From positions 472,086-536,085 of the forward strand of contig CAWBTT010000002.1 of the NCBI GenBank assembly GCA_963791815.1: a stretch of 64,000 bases of DNA, given 5' to 3'. A model generated the notes under the pieces. That model was not told the DNA's origin, did no database searches, and saw nothing but the letters and a program-made list of their open reading frames with translations. Source of the stretch: an uncultured Candidatus Micrarchaeota archaeon (lineage in GTDB: Archaea; Micrarchaeota; Micrarchaeia; Anstonellales; Bilamarchaeaceae). Numbering within the stretch: the first letter of the stretch is position 1; every line of letters begins with the position of its first letter. This document shows positions 1 to 9,365 of the stretch, piece by piece. A program made the translations under genes and the position numbers.

Positions 1-476
1 CCATCATCACTATCGAAAATAGAAAGGAACTTTTTGCGGTATAGTCCGAATCTCGAAGGCAATGAGGCTTTGGGGCAGGAGCCGTGAATCTGGATGGCAA
101 GATCATGCGGGGAGCGGCCGAATTCGGATTCAAGGAATATGCGGAATGCTGTCCGCTTTATGAGGGTTTCTTGGTCGAGGTAGACTATAGCATAATTTCC
201 CGTCGAACCTGAGGTCTTGGCAGGTTTGAGGGTGGCCATTGGAACTGCCAGGAACTGCTCGGGGTTTGAGATTACATCATTTTTGTCTGTTGGGGCAAAA
301 GAAGCAAGGTCAAAGGAACTTCCGGGTGGAGGAATTTTGCTTCCGTAATATTTTGTTTTTCTGGCGGCTTCGCGCAGCTGTGCCAGCCCCTTATTTTGTA
401 ATTCTTCAACTGGATTCCACTGTTCTTTTCTGAGTGCAAGGAAATGTTTGAGGAATTTTATAGAATCATGACTCAT
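1..476 (-). CDS. Phenylacetate-CoA ligase-like / coenzyme F390 synthetase-like adenylate-forming enzyme. Only the N-terminal part is in the window; the gene runs off the window start.
   Basis: Hand translation of the minus strand from ATG at about 474-476 gives MSHDSIKFLKHFLALRKEQWNPVEELQNKGLAQLREAARKTKYYGSKIPPPGSSFDLASFAPTDKNDVISNPEQFLAVP..., then a KTSGSTG adenylation P-loop-like motif. It parallels the N-terminus of the adjacent paralog 466..1743 (TSGSSGIPV). Confidence 0.5.
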   Translation of the reverse strand, partial: MSHDSIKFLKHFLALRKEQWNPVEELQNKGLAQLREAARKTKYYGSKIPPPGSSFDLASFAPTDKNDVISNPEQFLAVPMATLKPAKTSGSTGNYAIVYLDQETLIKRTAFRIFLESEFGRSPHDLAIQIHGSCPKASLPSRFGLYRKKFLSIFDSDD

Positions 477-1743
477 GGATATCCCGCGCTTTAGCTATTT
501 TTGAGACTACTGAGCGGCGTTTGCCGGAGGTTCCCCGAGGAACTGACTCTACCTGCTCAAAATCGACATGGACGGGCGCTCCAAGCATTGCACGGTGGAT
601 TTTGTTGATAACTTCAGTTTTCGATGAACTTGGAAGAGCATCTCCAGTTGGAACGTGCTTGAAAACAAAGTGGCCCTCATCCTCCTGCACAATCTGGTAT
701 TCCTTGAGGCCAGGAATGCCATAGAGGCAAAAGAGGGAGAAGGCGGAGCGGAGTTTCCCGCCTGGCAACATGATGAAGTCATCACTGCGCCCTTCTATGG
801 AATCAAGTACTGGCCATGTGCGGCCGCAGCTGCATTTGCCCCACATGCTTCTGTCGCCAATACGGTAACGTAGGAGGGGCATACCATGATTGACGAGGGA
901 TGTGACCAGCACCTCCCCGCTATTTGATGTTTCGTTTTTAGAATCGACAAGTTCTATGAGGAATGCGCCGGAATTGACATGGAGTTTGCCCCCCTCAGGG
1001 CATTCGTAGGCAATTGGACCGAACTCATTGCTTCCATAAAGCTGGTAAACCGGGCAGGAAAATGAATCTTGGATAAGTGCGCGGGTTTCAGGACCAAACA
1101 CCTCACCATAACAAAAGACATGGTTCATTTTCATTGGGTTTTTTGATTCTGCGTTGAGTTTTGCCATTATAGCAATTGTGGAAGTGTAGCCACTCAGAAC
1201 CTTTGATTTGGATTTCATCAGGGTTTCAAGGTTCTTCTCCTCACTATCGAAAACCGATAGGAACGTTTTCCGATAAAGCCCGAGTTTTGACATGAGCGTT
1301 TTTGGATAAATGACGTCGTGGACTTGGACCGCGAGCTCAAATGGAGAGCGGCCAAATGTGGATTCTATTAGGAAGCGGTAGGCAGTCCGGTGTATCAGAG
1401 TTCTGGAGTCTGCAAAAACACCCACTGGGATTCCGGATGAGCCCGATGTTCGGATTGCACGGAGGGATTCTGGAGGGGATGTAAGAAAGGATGATGGCGA
1501 TGCAACCACACTGTTTTTCTCGGTTGGGGGAATTGCATCAAGACTCTGGATTGTTTCTTTTGCCGGCATTTCCATGAGCATGCTGCCATAATGGGGGGTT
1601 TGTTTTGCAGACTCGATAAGTTTTTCTAGCCTTTGGGCCTGCAGAGAAGCGAGGGATTCTGAATATTGCTCTTTCTTTATATCTGAATAGTCTCGAACAA
1701 ATTGCACTAGGTCATGAGGCATACGCTGGTGCTCCGAATACAA
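466..1743 (-). CDS. PaaK-family adenylate-forming enzyme (phenylacetate-CoA ligase / coenzyme F390 synthetase-like), 425 aa
   Basis: AMP-binding motif TSGSSGIPVG, ~430 aa length and PaaK-like C-terminal domain. Tandem paralog of the truncated upstream gene. Confidence 0.7.
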   Translation of the reverse strand: MYSEHQRMPHDLVQFVRDYSDIKKEQYSESLASLQAQRLEKLIESAKQTPHYGSMLMEMPAKETIQSLDAIPPTEKNSVVASPSSFLTSPPESLRAIRTSGSSGIPVGVFADSRTLIHRTAYRFLIESTFGRSPFELAVQVHDVIYPKTLMSKLGLYRKTFLSVFDSEEKNLETLMKSKSKVLSGYTSTIAIMAKLNAESKNPMKMNHVFCYGEVFGPETRALIQDSFSCPVYQLYGSNEFGPIAYECPEGGKLHVNSGAFLIELVDSKNETSNSGEVLVTSLVNHGMPLLRYRIGDRSMWGKCSCGRTWPVLDSIEGRSDDFIMLPGGKLRSAFSLFCLYGIPGLKEYQIVQEDEGHFVFKHVPTGDALPSSSKTEVINKIHRAMLGAPVHVDFEQVESVPRGTSGKRRSVVSKIAKARDIHES

Positions 1744-2635
1744 CTAGGCGGATGTAAATCAATAGTTTCCTGGCAAGGTTGACATACGCCCGCTTGCCGT
1801 AGACTTCGTAGCCATTCTCCTCGATTACATGGAGAATCTCCCGATAAAGAGTAAATGCAAGGGAAATGACCGGGCGGACTTCCTTATGGAGCATTGCAAT
1901 CCCGTTTATCGCTTCGCTATAGTATTTTCTTGCGCGCGCAATCTGGAACTTGAGGAACTCCATGAGGCCAGAGGTCTTCCTAAGAGAAAGTATGTCCTGG
2001 ATTTTCAGGCCAAACTTGGCAAGTTCATCCTTTGGGAAATACACCCTGCCAAGCCGGGCATCCTCGCCAACATCACGAAGGATGTTTGTCAATTGCATTG
2101 CAATTCCAAGTTTGGTTGCGTATTTCTTTGCCTTTCCGATGTCTCCTACCCCCATGACATAGGTCAGCATTACCCCAACCACAGATGCCACGCGATAGCA
2201 GTATTGTTTGAGTTCTGCAAATGTTGCGTACTCCTTTTTTCTGATATCCATGCTCACCCCGCAGATGAGTTCGAGGGGGTATCTCTTGGGGATGGAATAT
2301 TTCTTCATTGTGAAGACAAATGAATTGAGTATTGGGTTCGTTGAGTAGTCCTTCTGGTATGTTTCGAGAAACTGCCGTTTCCACTCCCTTATCAGGGTTC
2401 TTTGGAGTTTTGGGTTGTCCTCATTGTCGTCAATGAGATTGTCTGTGTGCCTGCAGAAAGCATATACAGAATAAAATGAGTCGCGCAGCTCGCGGCTCAT
2501 GAATCTTGATGCGAAATAGAAGGTTTTCGACCCCTTGCGTATGCTCTGCTCGGCGTGCTTAAAATCAACGTGAATTTGTCCCACCTGTATTTTTTTAATC
2601 GGCAAACATTTATATCCCTCCCCGTCGGAAACCAA
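1712..2635 (-). CDS. Phytoene/squalene synthase family protein (CrtB/HpnD-like head-to-head isoprenyl diphosphate synthase)
   Basis: Conserved blocks GSKTFYFASRFM, YCYRVASVVGVMLTYVMG, AMQLTNILRDVGEDARLGRVYFP. Stop overlaps the PaaK-like start (1712-1743). The true start may lie downstream of 2635 because the divergent ABC promoter sits here. Confidence 0.75.
   Translation of the reverse strand: MVSDGEGYKCLPIKKIQVGQIHVDFKHAEQSIRKGSKTFYFASRFMSRELRDSFYSVYAFCRHTDNLIDDNEDNPKLQRTLIREWKRQFLETYQKDYSTNPILNSFVFTMKKYSIPKRYPLELICGVSMDIRKKEYATFAELKQYCYRVASVVGVMLTYVMGVGDIGKAKKYATKLGIAMQLTNILRDVGEDARLGRVYFPKDELAKFGLKIQDILSLRKTSGLMEFLKFQIARARKYYSEAINGIAMLHKEVRPVISLAFTLYREILHVIEENGYEVYGKRAYVNLARKLLIYIRLVVFGAPAYAS
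2609..2616 (+). promoter_or_regulatory. Putative archaeal TATA box (tttatat) about 22-29 nt upstream of the ABC ATPase start codon, implying a leaderless transcript
   Basis: AT-rich hexamer at the canonical distance from the ATG at 2638. Approximate coordinates. Confidence 0.35.
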
Positions 2636-2637
2636 TC

Positions 2638-3357
2638 ATGGCAGCTTCGCTCGAAGTCAAGGAACTTGCGAAAGTGATTAATGAGAAAATCATAGTCGAC
2701 AGAATCTCTTTCTCAGTTGAAGAAGGAGAGACATTCGGACTTCTGGGCGCCAACGGCTCTGGGAAAACGACCACTTTCAATATGCTCTCAGGGCTTCTCA
2801 AGCCATCGTCAGGAAGCGCGATGATACTGGGGCGCAGTGCCAAAGACGCAAAACGAGATATTGGATTTGTAACCCAAATGAATTCTTTTTATGAAACGCT
2901 CACGGTGCAGGAGAATCTGGAGTTTTTTGCTTCCCAGTATGGGATTGGGGGTGCCAAAAGAAAAGAGATTATCAAAAAGCTCCTGTCTCAGATAAAACTT
3001 ACCAATAAAGGCCAGGCTTTGGCCTCAACGCTCTCAGGCGGGATGAAAAAAAGGCTGAACATGGGCTGTTCGTTGGTTCATGACCCAAAGATAATATTCC
3101 TTGATGAACCTACAGTCGGACTTGACCCAGTTGTCAGAAGAGAGATATGGAAGCTGATAAAAGAACTCCAACACGAGAAGAAGACGATACTCATAACATC
3201 TCATTACATGGAAGAGATAGAGCAGCTCTGCGGCAGGGTGGCAATCATGTTTGCAGGGCGTATTGTGGCAAGCGGAACTGCAGCACAACTCAAGAAAAAA
3301 TACAAGCTCCAGCAGATGGAGGATGTGTTCGCACATCTTGTCAAGCCAACGGTGTAA
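2638..3357 (+). CDS. ABC transporter ATP-binding protein (ABC-2 type)
   Basis: Walker A GANGSGKTTTFNMLSG, signature LSGGMKKRL, Walker B IIFLDEPTVGLD, H-loop ITSHYMEE. Confidence 0.9.
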   Translation: MAASLEVKELAKVINEKIIVDRISFSVEEGETFGLLGANGSGKTTTFNMLSGLLKPSSGSAMILGRSAKDAKRDIGFVTQMNSFYETLTVQENLEFFASQYGIGGAKRKEIIKKLLSQIKLTNKGQALASTLSGGMKKRLNMGCSLVHDPKIIFLDEPTVGLDPVVRREIWKLIKELQHEKKTILITSHYMEEIEQLCGRVAIMFAGRIVASGTAAQLKKKYKLQQMEDVFAHLVKPTV

Positions 3358-3360
3358 ATC

Positions 3361-5289
3361 ATGAAAATACTACAGTCAATCAAGAAAGAGATACTTGAAA
3401 CTGCCCATGATCACACCATGCTGGCAGCAGTCATAGCATTTCCGGTTTTTGTCATGCTTTTCATGGGAAGCGCCTTTGGCTCAGTTGAGATTCACGGACT
3501 CCCGATAGGTGTGGTGGGACCTACAGGCACGTCATTTTCATCAGTCTTGTTTTCTGGTTTGAATGAATCTCCGGCTTTCAACCTGGAGAACTACGATTCT
3601 GAAGCAAGTGCTATGGAAGCCTTCAGGAATGGGGAACTTCGGGCATTGATAATAGTTCCAGATGATTTCGAGAGCGCTCTAATAGCTGGAAATGGCTCCG
3701 AGGTCCGGATAGCCATTGACAATTCAGATATCGCGCTTCAGGAAGCTGTGCTCGCGGCAATGGGCTCTGTTGTGCAAGCATCATCCACCAACATCACCAA
3801 GAGCTATGTTTCTGCTGCCTGGCAGGATTTGTATTCCCTCAATCAGTCGGCAGCAGCAATGACCGGGGACATAAACGAGAGCAAGGCAAAAATGGAAAGC
3901 ACAAAGACAAGCATCGATGCAATCAGGCAGAATATCAGCAATATTGGAATTGATGAACTTGAAGATTCCATCGGAGCTGCAAAAGACGAGGTCAAAAAAC
4001 TGCAGGATGCTGCCACAACAGAACAGAATGGCAGCTTCATCAACCAAAGCGAGGATTTCCTTGCAAATGCCAGTTTCGCTCTTAATGAATCCATTGAGAC
4101 CATCGGCACCACCCATACAAGGCTGGTAAATCAGGAAGACGAGATTAATGACACGATTGATACCCTCGATATCTCAATTGCGACGCTTTCTTTGATTAAG
4201 AACTCAACTTCAGACCCCATAACCGCAGCGGCTCTTGATGTCAATATAGCGACGCTGCAAACACTCAGGAACACCACAGCGCAGCAGGCAGAAGACGTCC
4301 ACACACAGATTCAGGAACTTGAATCGCTTAATTCAACATTATATTCATTCCAAGGAGAGCTCGAGGGTTACTCAGGTCTGCTCGCAGAGGCACAAGCTAA
4401 CCAAAGCAAGCTTGTTGGAGATATGCTTGGGAGCCTGGGCGCATTGAATGATACATTCACTGGTGCAGAGGAAACAATTTCAAAACTAAAGGGGCTCTTT
4501 GAGCAGATTGAATCCACAACTGATGAAATCGATGATACTTTGGATGATGTTCTGGACCAGGTTGAATCTGTTGAGGCACTAATTGATTCGTTGCAGGGCA
4601 CAGTTGCGGCGCAGACTGGCAAGGACCCTGAAACCATAGCCGCCCCACTTTCAGTAAAGGTTGAGAACCAGTATGTTCGGGAAAGTTTTGTTGATTTCAT
4701 AATCCCCAGGGTGATTGCAGTTTCTCTTCTGTTCTCGTGTTTCCTCCTTGCATCGATAAGCCTGGTTCGGGAAAAGAGCGGAAGAACCATTGTAAGGCTG
4801 CTTATGATGCCAGGTGCCTTTGCCAACTCTATTGCTGCCAAGATAATTTCGGTGACCCTGATATCTCTGGGGCAGGTCGGGCTGATTCTGCTCATCGGAG
4901 TCGTTGTTTTCGCAGTCAGGGTTCCTGCAGATTTGATCGCGGTCGGAGTGGCCACTGCCGTATCAGCTCTTGTGCTCTCAGCAGTTGGAACTCTCGTCGG
5001 ATTTTATGCAAGAACGGAATCCGCCGCCATTCAGACATCTTTGCTAATAGCAATACCGATGCTGTTCCTTGGCAACATCATATTTTCACCGGACTTGCTT
5101 CCCGCATATACCCAGATTATGCAGCAGATGCTGCCCCTTGCCCACATTACTAACATATTCAAGATAGTCCTGATTACCTCGGGCAACCCAGGGGCGAGCT
5201 TGGTTCCTTTGTTATCGTACTTTGTCGTCCTTGCGCTCATAATAGCATTGCTCGTATACAAAAGAAGGGATATTACGAACTATATCTAG
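3361..5289 (+). CDS. ABC-2 family permease with a large extracytoplasmic coiled-coil insertion (YhgE/Pip-like domain)
   Basis: N-terminal TM helix, about 400 aa Q/E/L/D-rich coiled-coil segment, then a C-terminal cluster of about 5 TM helices typical of ABC-2 permeases. Start is 4 nt after the ATPase stop. Confidence 0.7.
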   Translation: MKILQSIKKEILETAHDHTMLAAVIAFPVFVMLFMGSAFGSVEIHGLPIGVVGPTGTSFSSVLFSGLNESPAFNLENYDSEASAMEAFRNGELRALIIVPDDFESALIAGNGSEVRIAIDNSDIALQEAVLAAMGSVVQASSTNITKSYVSAAWQDLYSLNQSAAAMTGDINESKAKMESTKTSIDAIRQNISNIGIDELEDSIGAAKDEVKKLQDAATTEQNGSFINQSEDFLANASFALNESIETIGTTHTRLVNQEDEINDTIDTLDISIATLSLIKNSTSDPITAAALDVNIATLQTLRNTTAQQAEDVHTQIQELESLNSTLYSFQGELEGYSGLLAEAQANQSKLVGDMLGSLGALNDTFTGAEETISKLKGLFEQIESTTDEIDDTLDDVLDQVESVEALIDSLQGTVAAQTGKDPETIAAPLSVKVENQYVRESFVDFIIPRVIAVSLLFSCFLLASISLVREKSGRTIVRLLMMPGAFANSIAAKIISVTLISLGQVGLILLIGVVVFAVRVPADLIAVGVATAVSALVLSAVGTLVGFYARTESAAIQTSLLIAIPMLFLGNIIFSPDLLPAYTQIMQQMLPLAHITNIFKIVLITSGNPGASLVPLLSYFVVLALIIALLVYKRRDITNYI

Positions 5290-5337
5290 TTAGCATTTCC
5301 TAGGAAATGAACTTGGTGGATGTTTTAATTAATAGAA

Positions 5338-6756
5338 ATGGAAGAAACAAATGTGCAAACATCAGACGTAAAAAAGCACGTGGATGGACAAACGGATCCA
5401 CTACTCTTTGATAGTAAATTCAAAGATACTACTCCAAATGGTTTCATCAATATATTCAGAATCCTGTCACGACAACGGAAAAGCAAAAGACCGCTAACCA
5501 CATACTACCATCTCGATAATCGATGCAAAGATAGGATACTAGGGAGATTACTGGAAAAATTCAGGACTCTAGATAATGCCGCAAAAGCCATCGTAACCCA
5601 CAATGAAAGAAATAAAGGAAAACGATATGCTTCAAAAATTAAAGAAAAGTGGAGGGTTAAGAACAATCTCCAAAATGGAAATGTCACAATTTGGCATGCT
5701 CGCGTAGTGAGTCTGGTCCTTGCAAAAAATCATGCGGAGGCTGTAGAGATATTCGAGGAATTGTTTTCCAATTCAAGATTTTTAGTAGCAAAAGGCAAGG
5801 AAATTAGGTGTCCGCATAAAATTTCTGAATTGGGGCCAGCAGGGGCATATCTGGCGGGAGTGGTTGCCGGAGACGGTCACATAACCAAAAGTCTCGATGA
5901 GATAAAGATAGTAGATGGACACCAAAACAAGCGCTGGAAAAAAGATACTTTTTTGTTCCTAAAAAGTATTGATGGGTTAATAAAGGAAAAATTCGGCCTT
6001 ACTGCTTTCGTCGAGGAGAAAGACAACTATTTGGTATTTAGGTACGCATCCACGTTACTATGTTCAATATTGAATCATGTTTACGAGATACCTGCAGGAA
6101 GAAAAAGTAAGAAGATAAGAATTCCGAAAATTGTAAAGAATGGGCCCCATGAGCACCTATTCTGGAGGGGAATTGTTGATACTGATGGAAGCATTAGAAA
6201 GGGAAGCAAATTGATACGAATGACAACGACATCGAAACAACTATTTTTGGATTTCTTAGACTTTTGTAAAAGACACAATATCCACACATTTAGCAGAAAA
6301 AACAAGTTTGCAGCATATGGAGTTGTGGTAGCAGAAGAAAGCATAGCAAATTTTGCTAGGATAGTTGGAAGCAACCACCCAAGAAAAAGAGCCAACTTGA
6401 TCGAATATTTGAAGAAAGGGGCTTCTTACAAAGTACCAGTGAGTAAAAAACCAAATGAAAGACTAAACAAGATCATTGCGTATCTTAGGCCATACCAAGG
6501 GAATGTTTATGTCAGATTGACTAGTAGAAGGGAAGCGGTCGGGGAAGAAGTGGTGGAGAGATTGAAAAATATTGAGAAAGTGGTTGGGATGAGGCTTGTA
6601 GAAGTTAAAAGACCCAGAAAAAACAACCATTTTTATATTTGTTCGAGGGAGTTATTGAATGAAATAAACGAATGCTATGAATTCAAACATGTTTGGAGTC
6701 CGCTGAGTGACGAAGAAATTAATAGGATGAAAATACGGTGGGATAGATATGAATGA
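5338..6756 (+). mobile_element. Free-standing double-motif LAGLIDADG homing endonuclease gene (472 aa)
   Basis: Two LAGLIDADG motifs, LAGVVAGDGHITKS and WRGIVDTDGSIRKG, about 100 aa apart. Markedly AT-rich relative to flanks. No Hint/intein splicing motifs. A different frame from trpS rules out an in-frame intein. Confidence 0.75.
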
Positions 6757-7849
6757 GACGATTGATCCGTGGGGCCAAGTTAATGTAAAGAATTATGATC
6801 GTCTTTGCAAGAATTTCGGTATTGGTGATTTTTCAAAAATGGCTGTAGAAATGCCCGAGGCACCAATTTACATAAAAAGAAATTGTATTTTTGGCCATAA
6901 AGACTTTGGGCCGATTTTAAATGCGATAAAGAACAAAAAAAGATTCGTAATGATGACTGGTCTGATGCCATCGGGCAGTTTTCATTTTGGCCACAAACTA
7001 GTGGCAGATCAGATAATTTATTATCAAAAATTGGGCGCGGAGTGTTTTATTGCAGCTGCAGACCTGGAAGCATATCTGACCAGAGATATCCCATTGGACA
7101 AAGCAAGAGAAACCGCGATAGAAGAGTACCTCCTAAATTACATTGCCCTTGGATTAAAACCAGAAAAAACGCACTTTTACTTTCAAACTAATTGGAAAAA
7201 CGATTACTTGAATCTAAGTAAATTTGTTTCTAAAAAAACGACATTCAATGAGGTTAAAGCGATTTATGGAAACATAAATCCATCAAAGATTGTTTCGGCT
7301 TTGACCCAGGTGGCAGATATATTACACCCACAATTGGAAGTGTTCGGAGGGCCCAGGCCCACGGTGGTACCAGTGGGTGCGGACCAATTGCCCCACATAA
7401 ATTTCACACGGGATATCGCTGCTAGAATGAAGTCTGAATTTGGATTTGTGCTGCCCTCAGCAACATTCCACAAACTCATCCCTGGATTGCAGGGAGGCAA
7501 GATGAGCTCTTCAGTACCAGAAAGCAGCATCCTTTTCTCAGATAATCCCAAGACAATAAAAAAGAAGATAATGAAGTATGCTTTTAGTGGTGGCCAGGCT
7601 ACGATAGAAGAACACAGAGAAAAGGGTGGGAACCCAGACATTGACATTCCGTTCCAGTGGTTGAAGATGATCTTTGAGCCAGACGATAAGAAACTCAAGA
7701 AGATAGAGGATGATTACAGAAGCGGTAAGCTGCTTACTGGAGAACTCAAGCAAATTCTTGTCGAAAAAATAGATATGTTTTTAGAGGAACACAACAAACG
7801 TAGAGAGAAAGCCAGACGAGACATGCCTAAATTTATAGAAAACCAATAA
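6749..7849 (+). CDS. trpS: Tryptophanyl-tRNA synthetase (archaeal/eukaryotic type)
   Basis: HIGH-region equivalent SGSFHFGHKLV and KMSSS (KMSKS) motif. N-terminal DPWGQVNVKNYDRLCKNFGI matches the archaeal TrpRS N-terminus. The start overlaps the endonuclease stop by 8 nt. Confidence 0.9.
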   Translation: MNETIDPWGQVNVKNYDRLCKNFGIGDFSKMAVEMPEAPIYIKRNCIFGHKDFGPILNAIKNKKRFVMMTGLMPSGSFHFGHKLVADQIIYYQKLGAECFIAAADLEAYLTRDIPLDKARETAIEEYLLNYIALGLKPEKTHFYFQTNWKNDYLNLSKFVSKKTTFNEVKAIYGNINPSKIVSALTQVADILHPQLEVFGGPRPTVVPVGADQLPHINFTRDIAARMKSEFGFVLPSATFHKLIPGLQGGKMSSSVPESSILFSDNPKTIKKKIMKYAFSGGQATIEEHREKGGNPDIDIPFQWLKMIFEPDDKKLKKIEDDYRSGKLLTGELKQILVEKIDMFLEEHNKRREKARRDMPKFIENQ

Positions 7850-7861
7850 ACAGGTACACAA

Positions 7862-8290
7862 ATGAGTAACGAAAGAAAATACCGCGAGAAACCGGTGCGG
7901 CCAAAGGCTTTGGTCTGCGGCCTGCTTGAAGATAATGGCAGGTTCCTGTTCCTTACCAAAAAAGACCAGCACGGGGTTGAGCGATATGAATTGCCGTGGG
8001 TCTACTCAACAGATAGGGGCGACCCGGTGTCGCAGATTGCCCAGGCATTCAAGATGCAAAGCGGAGTAAGTGTCCAGGTCGGCGAGATTGCTTTTGATGC
8101 AAGGCACAACGCAGGCTCAAGGAGGAACAAATATTGGATTCAGTGCTACGTTTTCCGAGTCAGTGCAAAGGAGAAGAACGCTGAGCCTTCAGGCGGATAT
8201 AGCGGCTACAAATGGCTTTCGCTCAAAGACGCAAAAGAAAAGAAACTTGGCAAGCATGCCGAGTGGATAAAATTCGTAGAAAAAATATAG
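7862..8290 (+). CDS. Nudix-fold-like protein with a degenerate Nudix box (probably catalytically inactive)
   Basis: ALVCGLLEDNGRFLFLTKK ... ELPWVYSTDRGDPVSQIAQAFKMQSGV resembles the Nudix fold, but the GX5EX7REUXEEXGU glutamates are replaced. Confidence 0.3.
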   Translation: MSNERKYREKPVRPKALVCGLLEDNGRFLFLTKKDQHGVERYELPWVYSTDRGDPVSQIAQAFKMQSGVSVQVGEIAFDARHNAGSRRNKYWIQCYVFRVSAKEKNAEPSGGYSGYKWLSLKDAKEKKLGKHAEWIKFVEKI

Positions 8291-8296
8291 AAGAAA

Positions 8297-8698
8297 TCAG
8301 CCGGACAGCTTGAACTTGAACCCGTAATGGATAAGCCCTTCCGGGTCATTCCTCTGGATTGCCCTAAAGACCTGCTCAACATGAGAGCCGATTTTCACAT
8401 CTTCTTTTTGGGCATCGACCACCTGGGCCGTGAGCCTTGCGCCTTCTTCGAGATCAATGATGGCCAGTATGTATGGGACCTGATCCTCAAATCCCTGCGG
8501 GGGCGCAGTCACTTCGGTAAATGAGAATATCGTCCCCTTGCCAGAGTATTTGACACCGACTATTTTTCCCTTTCTTCTGCATTTTGGGCAGATGGACCTC
8601 TTTGGGAAGTAATGCGAACTGCAGGTCTCGCACTTGACCCCGAGAAGACCGTAACGCTCGGGAATCTTTCTCCAAGTGAGTGGAATCGCTTCTTTCAT
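8297..8698 (-). CDS. DUF35 family protein (N-terminal Zn-ribbon plus OB-fold; the acyl-CoA-associated scaffold protein of archaea)
   Basis: C-x2-C ... C-x2-C ribbon (CETCSSHYFPKRSICPKCRRKG) followed by an OB-fold-like segment. Length 133 aa. Confidence 0.65.
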   Translation of the reverse strand: MKEAIPLTWRKIPERYGLLGVKCETCSSHYFPKRSICPKCRRKGKIVGVKYSGKGTIFSFTEVTAPPQGFEDQVPYILAIIDLEEGARLTAQVVDAQKEDVKIGSHVEQVFRAIQRNDPEGLIHYGFKFKLSG

Positions 8699-8707
8699 GA
8701 TATCACG

Positions 8708-9361
8708 TTATTGCATGGTTTTTTTATGTTTTTCGTGGTGCTCCTTGAAGGTCGCGATTCCCTTGTCAGTGAGTGGGTGGTTCCAGAGTTTCTCCAGAAC
8801 AGCTGCCGGAACTGTTGCTATGTGCGCGCCGAGCTCAGCAGAATCGATTACATGGTTAGGGTGCCTTACTGATGCCACTATGACTTCGGTCTCATAGCCA
8901 TAGTTCTCGTAAATGCTCATAACCTGCTCAATCATTTCCATGCCATCTTGTGAAATGTCATCAAGCCTGCCGACAAATGGGGAGACATATGTTGCCCCGG
9001 CCTTTGCTGCAATAAGCGCCTGTGAAGGGGAGAATACCAAAGTAACGTTGGTTTTGATTCCCTTTATTGCAAGCTGACGGACTGCTTTCATGCCCTCTTT
9101 AGTCATTGGGATTTTCACCACGATATTTGGTGCCCAGGTGGCGAACTCCTCGCCCTCTTTAATCATCTCTTCGGCCGTTTCGCCAACCCCCTCAACTGAG
9201 ACTGGCCCGTCAACAAGATTGCAGATTTCAGTGATTACTTCTTTCTGGTCTCTGCCAGCTTTCATGATAAGGGTCGGGTTGGTTGTTACACCGTCGCAAA
9301 TTCCGAGCTCTACTCCCCTCTTTATCTCTTCAACATCCGCAGTGTCAAGGAAAAATTTCAT
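8708..9361 (-). CDS. tal: Transaldolase / fructose-6-phosphate aldolase (MipB/TalC family)
   Basis: [14 protein letters not shown] ... VTTNPTL ... [11 protein letters not shown] ... TNVTLVFS, about 217 aa archaeal short transaldolase. Confidence 0.9.
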   Translation of the reverse strand: MKFFLDTADVEEIKRGVELGICDGVTTNPTLIMKAGRDQKEVITEICNLVDGPVSVEGVGETAEEMIKEGEEFATWAPNIVVKIPMTKEGMKAVRQLAIKGIKTNVTLVFSPSQALIAAKAGATYVSPFVGRLDDISQDGMEMIEQVMSIYENYGYETEVIVASVRHPNHVIDSAELGAHIATVPAAVLEKLWNHPLTDKGIATFKEHHEKHKKTMQ

Positions 9362-9365
9362 AATA

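Noticed and set aside
239-433. 64-aa plus-strand ORF at the window start
   Set aside because: Overlaps the better-supported minus-strand PaaK-like paralog (KTSGSTG motif). Low-complexity sequence.
4368-4955. 195-aa antisense ORF inside the ABC-2 permease (plus 3781..4116, 3843..4112)
   Set aside because: Lies opposite the coiled-coil/TM coding region. Composition-driven shadow ORFs with no motifs.
5338-6756. Possibility that the LAGLIDADG ORF is an intein of TrpRS
   Set aside because: Different reading frame from trpS, no N-terminal Cys/Ser or C-terminal HN-Cys/Ser/Thr splice-junction motifs, and the TrpRS N-terminal homology starts at its own ATG.
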